Positions 12,463 to 24,592 of a DNA stretch of 64,000 nucleotides are shown here, one piece after another. Within the stretch, counting starts at the first letter, position 1; each line of letters starts with the position of its first letter. Made by a program: the position numbers and the translations under genes. The DNA comes from Octopus vulgaris. Lineage: Eukaryota. Below the pieces are notes generated by a model that was given only the letters and a program-made list of their open reading frames with translations, had not been told where the DNA came from and ran no database searches. The stretch is taken from the NCBI GenBank assembly GCA_951406725.2, contig OX597817.1, positions 26,908,001 through 26,972,000 of the forward strand. The letters are read 5' to 3'.

Positions 12463-12619
12463 TGTGTGTATGTATGTATGTGTGTATGCATGTATGTATG
12501 TGTGTATGTATGTGTGTGTATGTATGTGTGTGTGTGCATGTGCGTATGTGCGTATGTGTATGTATCCATATATATATATATATATATATCATATACATAC
12601 ATATATATATATATGTATA

Positions 12620-12656
<37 letters not shown>

Positions 12657-13150
12657 GATAGATAGGTAGATAGATAGCGATAGATATATTCATATATATA
12701 TTTATATATATATATATCAAATATATATATATGAATATACATATGTACATAAATGTAAATGTGTATATATATATATGTATAAATATATAAATATATGGTT
12801 ACATTTATCTTTATGCATGTATATATATATATGTATATATATATATATACACATATGCACATATATATATATACACACACACATATATGTATATACATGT
12901 ACGTGTGTGTGTACGTGTGTGCACGGGAGTGTGTGAGCATGTATGCATGCATGTGTGTGTGTATGTGAGTATATGTGTATATCTTTATATGCGCGTGTGT
13001 GAGTGTATGTGTGTGTGTGTGTGCATGTGTGTGGTTGTATAAATGCATAAGTATACAATATAATTCATACATCTAGGTGAAAGTGTGCATGCATGCATAC
13101 GCACAAACACAAATGCACACACTCATACACACACACACACACACACACAG
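12410..13150. repeat. Compound (TA)/(TATG)/(TG)/(CA) microsatellite field
   Basis: Direct reading. Confidence 0.9.
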
Positions 13151-13789
13151 TAGCATAACTGTTGACTTCAGAAATAATAATAGAAATTGTGAAAGCCTCA
13201 TGTTGCGTTTGAGTAATGCTAGTTACAAAATTATTGAAACCAATTATTCAGAACAGTGCTTTTACAAATAACTCGTGTTGCAATCATATTTATTTAAGAG
13301 CCAAAATTGTATAGAATTAATTTGAATTTACTGCACTTGTGACTCAGTCATGCTAGGAAGAAAATCCTTTTTCATTTATTTGTTCATCTGAGAATGAGTT
13401 GGAATACCTGAAGGCATTTTAACCTCACGAGTTCATAGTATCAGAATATATGGGTAAATTCAGTGCAATATATGTTGAGCTATTGTAGTGTAGTGGTTAA
13501 ATGTGAAACATAGATAAGCAGTGTTTGATTTCCAGAATGTTATAATTATTGCTGTTACTTGTGTAGTTGTATGGCCACAGGTGAGCTATTTTGGAGAACA
13601 GACAGTAAGAGAATTGCAAAATATCATATATGGAATATGATATGTCAAAAGATCAGAATAATTAACAGATGTGGTTTCCAGTTGATCCAATAAATGAAAC
13701 ATCTTACTCTTGAAATTAACATGGAAATGACTGAGTATTCCACGGATCTGCATACTCTTCACATAGTTCTCAGGTATAGTCAGTGTGGT

Positions 13790-14104
13790 GGAGGTGCAAT
13801 GGCTCAGTGGTTAGGGCAGCATACTCGCAGTTGGAAGGTCATGGTTTCGATTCCCAGACCAGGCATTGTGTGTGTTTATTGAGCGAAAACACCTAAAAGC
13901 TCCACAAGACTCCAGCAGGGCGTGGTAGTGACCCCTGTTGTACTCATTTGCCCCAACTTTCTCTCACTCTTTCTTCCTGTTTCTTGAGTAATGCTGCGAT
14001 GGACTAGCGTCCCGTCCACCTGTGTGGAACACATATGCCACAGAAAGTGGGAAACCGGGCCCATGAGCCTGGCTAGGTTTGAAAAGGGCGCATAAATAAA
14101 TGAA
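13790..14104 (+). mobile_element. SINE family D head with V-domain-like tail (second variant)
   Basis: ggaggtgcaatggctcagtggttagg, ggtttcgattccc and gctgcgatggactagcgtcccgtcca. Imperfect TSD tagtcagtgtg/tagtctgtgtg. Confidence 0.8.
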
Positions 14105-14125
14105 TAGTCTGTGTGACACAGAAAC

Positions 14126-14281
14126 ATTTCTACTATGGCACAAGGCTTGAAATTTGCGGGGATGGGACTAGTCGATTACATTAACCCCAGTGCACAACTG
14201 GTACTTAATTTATCGACCCGACCCCCAAAAGGCTGAAAGGCAAAGTCGACCTCGCTGGAATTTGAACTCAGAATGTAAAGT
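14126..14281 (-). mobile_element. SINE family C partial copy nested in G
   Basis: ctggtacttaatttatcgaccc...aaaggcaaagtcgacctcgctggaatttgaactcagaa, flanked by repeated gtgtgacacagaa. Confidence 0.75.
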
Positions 14282-14505
14282 GTGACACAGAATGTGAAAG
14301 GGCCCTCTCAAATACAGATGCTACTCATTTTTGCTAGTTGAGTGGACTGGAACAACATGAAATTAAGTGCCTTGCTCAAGGATTCAATGGACTGCCAGGA
14401 ATCAAATTCATGACCTTATAATCATGGGCCAAATACCCTAACCCCTTAGCCACACACCTTCACTTATATGCATATGTATGCAAGTCTGTGTATATATTCT
14501 TTTTT

Positions 14506-14931
14506 TCTTTTACTTGTTTGTCATTTGACTGCAGCCATGCTGGAGCACCGTCTTTAGTCAAACAAATGGAACCTATGACTTATTCTTTGTAAGCCTAGTA
14601 CTTAATTCTATCAGTCTCTTTTGCTGAACCGCTAAGTTACTGGAACATAAACATACCAGCATTGGTTGTCAAGCAATGGAGGGATAAGCACGGGGGATAA
14701 GCACGGACACACATAAACAAACACACACACACAAATACACACACATTTATATATATATATATATGTACAACAGGCTTCTTTCAGTCTCTGCTTACCAAAT
14801 CTGCTCAAAAGGCTGTGGTCAGCCAGAGGCTATAGTAGAAGACACTCACTCAAGGTGCTACACAGTGCGATTGAACCCGGAATCATGTGGTTGGTAAACA
14901 AGCTACTTACCACACAGCCACGACTGTGCCT
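14506..14931 (-). mobile_element. SINE family B copy
   Basis: Same head, body and tail as 5731-6131. Confidence 0.8.
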
Positions 14932-14971
<40 letters not shown>

Positions 14972-15195
14972 GTATAGGAGAGAATGGAGCTGTGTTCTTT
15001 CTGTTGTGAGTTTGCAACCCAGGGTTCAGCTCCATTCTCTCCTATACTTATACTATTAAACTTCAAATTTCCGCACTAAGGCACGGAGTATATGCCCTAT
15101 GGTCGTAATTTCAACCGTGTTCTTTCTGTTGTGAGTTTGCTACCCAGGTATCGGTTATCTCTCGAATATAATAAGATAATTCATTTATCTACTTA
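14972..15195. mobile_element. Small (TA)n-embedded element with a perfect 21-bp inverted repeat
   Basis: gtataggagagaatggagctg (14972-14992) pairs with cagctccattctctcctatac (15027-15047). The loop duplicates 15118-15148. Confidence 0.55.
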
Positions 15196-15196
15196 A

Positions 15197-15229
<33 letters not shown>

Positions 15230-15400
15230 GTTGAAATTTTTAGAAAGACAAAGACGAAGACAGGGTTATGAACAACAATCCGGTGTATTAATTTGACACT
15301 GGGGAAAATGTAAAATGAAAGTCTTTTACATTTCGAGCCTATGCTCTTCAACAGAAAGGAATAAGAGAAAATAAAGAGTGAGAGAATGAAAAAACAAAAA
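15230..15400 (-). mobile_element. HH-U6 element copy 2 (hammerhead motif at 15322-15359)
   Basis: gtcttttacatttcgagcctatgctcttcaacagaaagg. On the minus strand the core is CUGUUGA and stem III shows CpG decay. Confidence 0.65.
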
Positions 15401-15403
15401 TGA

Positions 15404-15681
15404 GTAGAGATGGCTTTTTTTGAGGGGATAATTTATATTTTAATATTAACAGTAATGTTTACAGTGAGTTACTCTGATATAAGTTTCAAGCGTTTTTTAT
15501 ATTCTTTTCCATTTTTTGTGCATATATTTTTGTACGAAAAAATCTTACAACCAGAAAAACATACATTTTTGAGTTTGAAAATCGCTGGTTGAAGCTCAAA
15601 ACTCATATCAGAGTAACTCACTTTAAGTATTATTATTAGAATTAAAATTAAAATTTATCCCCTCAAAAAAGCCATCTCTAC
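15404..15681. mobile_element. Foldback element, arms 15404-15486 / 15599-15681
   Basis: gtagagatggctttttttgaggggata...gtgagttactctgatat versus atatcagagtaactcac...tatcccctcaaaaaagccatctctac. Confidence 0.7.
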
Positions 15682-17018
15682 ATATTTTTTCAAATACTGT
15701 GTGTATATACACACACACAAACATATATACAGATAGATAGAAATATAGGCATATAGAAAGATAGCATAAGCACACAGGATACCTCTCCATGATATATGTT
15801 CTGGAAACTATGAGACATTAAACTTTCTAACACCTACAATAAAATTTGAACATTTACTATGTACTGTGTACCATCTCTCTCTGTTTTTGTATCTACCTTA
15901 CTATTGCACTTTCTCTCCCTCTCTCTCTCTCTATTTCTGTTGCTTTCTCTGTATGCATATATATGTGTGTGTATGTATGTATATATATATATATATATAT
16001 ATATGTATTTATATGTATATATGTATTATAGATTGATAGCCAGAGAAAGAGAGAGATACTTACCTGCATATATATGTGAACGTATTCATATATGTTCAAG
16101 TGAAGAATGAATGGCTGTTGGCTCTCCATTCTTATATAAACAATACTTATTATTACTTTATAGAATGTTATTCATAAGTAAAACCAAAACAGAAAGCCAA
16201 ATAAATTTCTGTGAAAACCTATTGCAGACATTTAGTAAATGTTTGTTTATTTAAAATTCCATTCTACTTCAATGTACATACATATATGCACACATACATG
16301 TGTGTGTATGAAGGACAGTGAGCATCATATGTTATTGTTATATCTCTTCTTATTGTTCATATCAATTTTGATGTGTTTATTGTAAGTTGTTATGGCACTC
16401 ATTGTTGTTGTCATTACATGATCAATAGATACAATTTGATTCTAGAATTTGTCAATATTGATCAATGAACTGTAGGCTTGCTTAGAAGATCAATCACCGA
16501 TAGAAGTTCACTTTTGAAAATCTCACTGATTACTCAAATGAACAACTGAAACAACGGCATGCCTCCCTCTTGAAGTTTTCTAAAAAAAAAAACGCAGAAC
16601 AAAACAGCTCCATGGAAACATAGCTCATTTACAAATGAAAACTGAAGAACACAAAATGATCTGTTAGATATTTGTGTCTGTTTTAATTCTAATTCTATGG
16701 ATGTCCCAATACATAGACATTCAGGGAGTTTATTTCACTGATTTACGCACACACAATACAGAAGAGGGTAGTACATTTGTAAACTATAATTAACTATTAT
16801 TCAAGCTTAGATTACAGTTGAAGTGTAAAGGGGAAAATTGCCCATGGTGAACTCTGCTATAGTAAGTCTTTACTATTCTGTATAGTGATGTGGTAAGGTG
16901 TAATTCTTTCATACATATTCTGATCAGGGACTCATTGAAAGAAAAAAATATCACACACACAGTTACTTTAGACCGTCTTGAGAGCAGAGATGTTTGTGTG
17001 TGTGTATGTGTGTGAGAA

Positions 17019-17056
<38 letters not shown>

Positions 17057-17551
17057 TGAAGGAGTGAGGGAGATAGAAAAAGAAAAATAGTGAGAGAGGG
17101 GAAAACATCTTGGAATTAGGAGTCATCAGTTATATTTTAGATGGGACTATTCATGTATAATCTTTGCCTATTACAATTTTTGTTTTCATATGCATTACAT
17201 GTCCCACACAAGGTACTAATATATGCTGGAGTCTTGTTCAGGTAAATAATCTAGACATTTGTGTGCCACTAGATAATTCAACATTTTACAATACATAAAT
17301 ACATACATGCATACATACATATATACATACATAAATGCATGCATGCATTTAAGTATATATGAGCATGTCTAGAACTGCAACTATAGGCATGAGAATACAT
17401 ACATAAAATAAAACATACAAATCTGCATGTATACATACATGCAAAAATGCCCTGTTGATGTTTTTGAAATTCTAATGAAGGGTTTTGAATCTCTATTAGA
17501 AACCAGCTCTTTCTCTATTGGCAATAAATCTTGAAATAAACCAGAATAATG

Positions 17552-17600
<49 letters not shown>

Positions 17601-19022
17601 CACACATACATAATACCCACATACATACCCACATACATACATACATACATACATACATACATACATACATACATACATACATACATACATACATACATAC
17701 ATACATACATACATACATACATACGTACACACACACATACATACATACCAAAAGCACAAGTTCTGTTGAGCCAGACTTGTTGCAAAACACATAGATTGCA
17801 GGTGAACCTGCATAATGACTCAGGGGTATCCAGGATATTGGAAAAGGCCATTTGGAAGTCCTCCATAACAATGGAAAGCTGATTTCTGTAAGTGCTTTGC
17901 CTCAAGATGGAAAAGAATGGTGCGATCAAGACAGACCTGGAAGCACATTGTGACCAGTGGTGTGCAAAAGCATCTGATGGTTGATTTGGAAAAGAACAGG
18001 TAAGGACATTTGTATCTCTTTTTATAAATTTGATCATCATATTTTACAGATTCTAATTGTGTTGTTGTATAGCATTAGGTCAGCCTTGATGCAAATGCCT
18101 ATCCATAAAGACATTTTATATTTAAGATTAATTTGTCCAAGATTTTATTTTAAACAATTGTATAAGGTTTGAATGAATCTGAATTTGGCTGTTATTTCTA
18201 GTCAGTTGAGCAATGGTTATAGATGCTCCCTTGTTTAGAGATTCTTCCCATTCTATACTATGGCATCAGAGCACTTAAATTTCAATATTATTTATATGCT
18301 ATAAAGAATGGCATATTATTGAATGGGTGTAAATAGCAACAATATAACCAACATGTCGTTAGAAATACCGCTCTTATTTAATACCTTGTACTTATATTTA
18401 CTTTATAAACCTAATTGTCACTGTTTTAGATACAATGATACAAATTAGAAGATAATTATATGGTTTTAATCATTACAGTAATTATCTGGCATATTTTTTC
18501 TTGTAATTCATTTCGAATTTTTATAAAAGAAATGCACTAAAGATTAAACTTTTTTTTTTAAATGGTAGCCACTTCAATATTATTGATTAATGATTAATTA
18601 ATTAACTAACAGCTGACCACAGAAGAGCACGTTAAGAAACTAATTATAGAGCTTTTTTTTTACTTCCATTTCTCATCTGCCTCAAGCAATGATGCATTAT
18701 GCAATAACAAAATAATAATAATTTGAGAGAGAGTAAGAAAGATAGATGATATTTCTTTAATGTTTTTTGAAAGATGTAAATCTGTTTCGTAAAATGTCAT
18801 TTACATAAGAATTATGAAAAGTGTAAGGATAGTTTACATGAATTGTTATATATAAGTAGAAAAGAAACAATGTAGTCTTTTTGTATTTTAATTCTAATTG
18901 TTTTTAAATATGGTTGTTTTGTTTATCTTATTCTCTTCAGTTTTCTGTAATTACACAAAATTTTCTTCAGTTTACATTTGTTTATTCATAAATTACATGT
19001 GTACAAGCATCTAAAAAATATT

Positions 19023-19072
<50 letters not shown>

Positions 19073-19644
19073 TGCATATATATGCATGTGTGTGTGTGTA
19101 TATATATATATATCCATGTGTGTATGTGTGTATATGTGTGTATAAATATATACATATATAATATATATTTATATATATGTATATAAGTGTATGTATATAT
19201 ATATGTGTGTGTACATATATACATATATAATATATATTTATAAGTATATGTATATATATATATATATATGTTTATATATACATACACACATATATATATA
19301 TACATATGCATATATACACGTATGAATGTATATATTTATATATATATATATATATATATTATATAATACACACATGTATATGTGTGTGTCATGTGTGCAG
19401 CATGCATGCATGCATGTGTGTGTATGTATACACATGCGCACGCGCATGTGTGTGTGCATAAAAAGAGAAGGCACAATTTTATTTTTATCATTCACACAGC
19501 AGCAGATTACATCAATATGTTACAACAGACGACTTCCTGAGAACAACTGTAGCAAAACTAAGACTCAGTAAAATAAAAATATGCAAAATTTGAACGAACG
19601 AGTTTCATAACGTCATCACAACCAACATACTAACAACAATGACA

Positions 19645-20041
19645 TCTTTATATATAAAAGTGAAGTTGTGTGTCTGTCTCCTACGATTTAGATTCCTAAC
19701 TACTCCCATATTTTGCGGTGCAGTGTAACCAAGCGGGTATCTTATAGTCGTGATTCATATCGAGCCCTTCTGGGTATTAGCACGCATCTATGATGAGTCT
19801 ACGATTTAAAAAATAATTTACATCATTTTTCCCATTTTTTAATGCATTTTTTTGCTATTATATAAGGGACGTAACTCTCTAAAAATGTCTACGATGAGTC
19901 AACGATTTAAAAAAAAATTTACCATAATTTTTTTTCCATTTTTAATGCATTTTTTTGCTATTTTTTGGCTATAACTCTCTAAAAATGCTTATATAGTTAT
20001 TTTCCTTACTAAACCCGAGCAACGCCAGGCGATACTGCTAG
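19645..20041 (+). mobile_element. Non-autonomous Helitron
   Basis: Starts TC(tttatatataaaa) and ends with a GC-rich cccgagcaacgccaggc block followed by CTAG. Inserted between A and T, with an internal duplication of about 100 bp. Confidence 0.8.
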
Positions 20042-20187
20042 TTAGTAATATAAGTATTATCAAATTCATAAATTCTTGGCTACTGAGTTCTTCTCTTTCT
20101 AATATCCTTACATTTTCTAATATTGGTGCAACTAATGATACTGTCTAATTTAAATATTCTATGAAGAGAATTTTTTAACGTTTAGTG

Positions 20188-20321
20188 CAGGAGTGGCTGT
20201 GTGGTAAGAAGCTTGCTTCCTAACTGCATGGATCCAGGTTCAGTCCCACTGAATGGCTCCTTGGGCAAGTGTCTTCTACTATTGCCTTGGATTTGGTAGA
20301 TAGAAACTGAAAGACACCTGT

Positions 20322-20325
<4 letters not shown>
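20188..20325 (+). mobile_element. SINE family B 5' half
   Basis: gcaggagtggctgtgtggtaag...ccttgggcaagtgtcttc, ending in (TA)n. Confidence 0.75.
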
Positions 20326-20370
<45 letters not shown>

Positions 20371-20372
<2 letters not shown>

Positions 20373-20842
20373 ATAAAAATGCTAAGACAGCAAAAGAATG
20401 AAAAAGACATCGATATTATGTAAATAGAGGAATTTATCTGTAAATGTAATATGTGACAATTATTCAGTAGCCATGATAAAACTCCAAGTTTCGGATGCTG
20501 GGATGGAAATCCACACCGCCATCTCTTCAGTTATTTGTCCATCAGAAAAAATGCTCTTTTTGGAACTTTTTATTTAATTTACATCTTTTTCCAGTTTCTG
20601 TTGGAATGTGTTAAAAGACTTATGAAATTTTATTTTGTTCTTAAGCTTCCGTAGGTCCGCTTTGAAGTCTTCCAAGCCTTTGATTTTTGGAAGGATTTTC
20701 TTAGATTTAATACCATAGAATATATTTTCTGTCGATGGCCGGATAACTGAAGAGATGGCAGCGTGGATTTCCTCCCTGGCATCCAAAGCTCAGAGTTTTA
20801 TCATGACTACCAAGTAATTGTCACATATTACATTTACAGATA
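20371..20842 (-). mobile_element. Penelope-like foldback element: inverted arms 20435-20543 / 20734-20842 around an ORF fragment
   Basis: Arms are clearly complementary. The spacer encodes YGIKSKKILPKIKGLEDFKADLRKLKNKIKFHKSFNTFQQKLEKDV on the minus strand, recalled as a Penelope-like pre-RT region. (TA)n lies on both sides. Confidence 0.7.
20476..20534 (-). ncRNA. Type I hammerhead ribozyme motif (CUGAAGA core)
   Basis: auaa CUGAAGA gaug...cauc c GAA acuuggagu U uuau. The mirrored plus copy at 20742-20802 has a damaged GAAA. Confidence 0.6.
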
Positions 20843-20867
20843 TATATATATGGCATCAACCATGTTT

Positions 20868-20924
<57 letters not shown>

Positions 20925-20929
20925 GGCTA

Positions 20930-21089
20930 CTCTGCTGAGTGATTAGTGTTAAGAAGGGCATCCAGCTGTAAAAATCCTGCCAAAACAGTTACGGAATTCT
21001 GGTGCAGGCTTCTGCCTGGCTAGCTCTTGTCAAACAATCCCACCCATGCCAGCATGGAAGGTGGATGTTAAACGATGATGATGATGACG
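20930..21089 (+). mobile_element. Family A 3' fragment
   Basis: gaagggcatccagctgtaaaaa...cccatgccagcatggaaggtggatgttaaacgatgatg. Confidence 0.75.
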
Positions 21090-21092
21090 ATA

Positions 21093-21320
21093 TGGCGAGC
21101 AGGCAGAAACGTTAGCACGCTTTGCAAAATGCGTAGCCGTATTTCGTCTGCCGTTACGTTGTGAGTTCAAATTCCGCCAAGGTCGACTTTGTCTTTCATC
21201 CTTTCGGGGTCGATAAATTAAGTACCAGTTACGCACTGGGGTCGATGTAATCGAGTTAATCCGTTTGTCTGTCCTTGTTTGTCCCCTCTGTGTGTAGCGC
21301 CTTGTGGGTAGTAAAGAAAC
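21093..21320 (+). mobile_element. SINE family C, well-preserved copy
   Basis: gagttcaaattccgccaaggtcgactttgtctttcatcctttcggggtcgataaattaagtaccag. Confidence 0.85.
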
Positions 21321-21488
21321 ATATATGTGTGTGTGTGTAATTGTCCTCCACCACCACTTGACAACCAGTGTTGGTGTGTTTACATCCCATAACTTAGCTG
21401 GCCAACAAAAATAGACATAGAATAAGTATCAATCTTAGCAAAAATAAGTACTGGGGTCGATTCATTTCATTAAAAATTCTTAAACACA

Positions 21489-21914
21489 GGCGCAGGAGTG
21501 ACTGTGTGGTAAGTAGCTTGTTTACCAGCCACATGGTTCCGGGTTCAGTCCCACTGCATGGCACCTTGGGCAAGTGTCTTCTACTGTAGCCTCGGGCCGA
21601 CCAATGCCTTGAGAGTGGATTTGGTAGACGGAAACTGAAAGAAGCCTGTCGTATATATATATATATATATATATATGCGTGTGTGTGTTTGTGTGTGTGT
21701 GTTTGTGTGTCTGTGTTTGTCCCCCTAGCATTGCTTGACAACCGATGCTGGTGAGTTTATGTCCCCGTAACTTAGCGGTTCGGCAAAAGAGACCGATAGA
21801 ATAAGTACTGGGCTTACAAAAAGAATAAGTCCCAGGGTCGAGTTGCTCGATTAAAGGTGGTGCTCCAGCATGGCCGCAGTCAAATGACTGAAACAAGTAA
21901 AAAGAGAAAAAGAG
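21489..21914 (+). mobile_element. SINE family B, full-length, preceded by a diverged 3' fragment at about 21325-21480
   Basis: Head, CORE-like block and tail all present. Confidence 0.85.
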
Positions 21915-22102
21915 TGCCCAAGAATAGCCACAATATAATGACTGAAACAAGCAAAAGCTAAAAGATTAAATTTCATTTTATTTGAATAATTTTTCATTAT
22001 CTCTCTTGGGCTCTATATGAAGTTACGATTTTTTTCCCAGAGATTAGGACCTCAAATAGGGTATCATGTACTTAGAGTATCCAAAATTATAATTATTTTA
22101 TT

Positions 22103-22411
22103 GCAGCGTGGAAGGTGTTTGTAAGCCATTTAAGAAACACACAAAAGCTGTTCGATTCTCTTCAACATTTAAGTTTAATTTGTCAAAATATTTTCGTCGC
22201 TATAAGACCGCGACCTGTTCACTGACAAAATGAACGGGTCGCGGTCTTATAGCGACGAAAATATTTTGACAAATTAAACTTAATTGTTGAAGGGAATTGA
22301 ACGGCTTTTGTGTGTTTCTTAAATGGCTTACAAACACCTTCCACATTGCAATTGTTTTTGTTCCAGCACACGATCTCAGATCAAATCACTTGCTATGCAA
22401 GCACATCTCCG
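22103..22411. mobile_element. Foldback element (about 120-bp arms, 9-bp spacer, about 60-bp extension) with 13-bp TSD
   Basis: Arms 22100-22221 / 22231-22352. TSD taattattttatt at 22090-22102 and 22412-22424. Confidence 0.85.
22179..22229 (-). ncRNA. Type I hammerhead ribozyme motif with compensated G3-C8 core
   Basis: uuuguca GUGAACA g gucgc ggucuuaua gcgac GAA aauauu U ugacaaa: 7-bp stem I, 5-bp stem II, palindromic stem III. Confidence 0.65.
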
Positions 22412-22699
22412 TAATTATTTTATTATTAACTAAAAAATAATTTGCATCTATTCATCTCTGAATTAATTGCTAATCACACAACATATGTTCTTCTCAGTGA
22501 ACATGTTTACCAAAAGTTTCATTTGCATCTTGCTGTACAGGAGGATAGTTCTTTGACTAGTGATGTCCTTCAGGTATGGTGTACAGGATTCTTCAAGCTA
22601 CTCTGAGGTAAGTTTGTCTAATAATGTATTTGCCAAAATACTTGGAATAATATTAGTATTAATCAGGGGAAAAGTGGGCAAAGTGCCGATCTGCACATA

Positions 22700-23127
22700 T
22701 GCACACACATACACACACACTCTCACACGGGTACACACACACACATACACTCTCTCTCACACAGGTACACACATACACACTCTCACACAGGTACACACAC
22801 ACACACACACTCTCTCTCACACAGGTACACACACACACACATACACTCTCTCTCACACAGGTACACACACACACATACACTCTCTCTCACACAGGTACAC
22901 ACACACACACATACATACACTCTCTCTCACACAGGTACACACACACACATACACTCTCTCACACAGGTACACACACACACACACATACACTCTCTCTCAC
23001 ACAGGTACACACACTCTCTCTCACACAGGTACACACACACACACATACACTCACTCTCACACAGGTACACACACACACACATACACTCTCTCTCACACAG
23101 GTACACACACACACACACACACACATA
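22700..23127. repeat. Minisatellite of variable, roughly 20-40 bp units (CA)n-(CT)n-CACACAGGTA
   Basis: About a dozen recurrences of ctcacacaggtacac. Confidence 0.9.
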
Positions 23128-23590
23128 CTCAACTTCCAGATCTTAGCTCTACTGAATTAGAAGGTCTCTTCTATTGTTGACATTACTGTTTATTAGAATA
23201 TATTATAAATATTCTATAATATTATATTATTATAGCAGCAAATTATAGTAGAGGAGGAATATATTTCTTTATTCTTTAGCAAATTATTTGATTGCTCCTT
23301 ATTTCTTCTGAATACATTGTTTGCAATTATGTTTCAACGATACATTTGTACCAAGGTTTTTCATCACTTAGACTACTCGTCTCCAATGCATAGATATTAC
23401 CATTTTTGTCATGATAAAAATATATTCTTGTTCAGAAACTACTCCAGCAACAGATTCTTGTTAATTGAAAGCCAATGAAATCTTTTTGATACTTACAATA
23501 TCAATAATCTTGAGAAAGGCATAATTGTTACTGTATTTCATTATTTTATTATTTGTTTTAGTATACCTTGTGATTTTATATGTATGTTTT

Positions 23591-24040
23591 ACGTGCCGGT
23601 GGCACGTAAAATACACCAATCTGACCGTACAACAGGCACCCATGCCAACCCCCTTGCTTGCGAAGACATGTTGGGGCAAGCGAAATCGAAATCGAATTGA
23701 ACCAGCCAGGATCCCTGGTCTGGTGGTACGTAAAAAGCACCATCCGACTCGTGGCCGATGCCAGCACCGCCTCGTCTGGCTTCCGTGCCGGTGGCACATA
23801 AAATACACCAATCCGACCGTGGCCGTTGCCAGCCTCGCCTGGCACCTGTGCAGGTGGCACATAAAAAGCACCCACTACACTCACGGAGTGGTTGGCGTTA
23901 GGAAGGGCATCCAGCTGTAGAAACACTGCCAGATAAGACTGGAGCCTGGTGCAGCCTTCTGGCTTCCCAGATCCCAGGTCGAACCGTCCAACCCATGCTA
24001 GCATGGAGAACGGACGTTAAACGATGATGATGATGATGAT
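23591..24040 (+). mobile_element. Family A copy
   Basis: Internal gtgccggtggcac units, core and (GAT)n tail. Confidence 0.85.
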
Positions 24041-24120
24041 GTATATATACATACACACACACACATATACACACATATAATTATATATATATATATGTTT
24101 ATATATATATATATATATGT

Positions 24121-24592
<472 letters not shown>

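Larger units (their letters stand above)
13660..14462 (-). mobile_element. Older SINE family G (tRNA-like head, CORE-like block, tail X) interrupted by two younger SINEs
   Basis: The minus-strand head gaaggtgtgtggctaaggggttagg...ccttgagcaaggcacttaa lies at 14462-14340. The tail at 13675-13787 plus 14281-14320 matches the tail of the D copy at 31401-31590. Confidence 0.65.

Noticed and set aside
11226-13072. Long ORFs rich in YI, LSIY, CV and HT
   Set aside because: These are translations of stop-free microsatellites. The same applies to most ORFs in the track.
17760-18005. Possible exon ending at CAG|GTAAGG, or a decayed LINE tail
   Set aside because: No convincing open frame or acceptor site, and only vague similarity to RTE ends.
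22560-23180. 206-aa His/Thr-rich ORF
   Set aside because: Translation of the (CA)/(CT) minisatellite.
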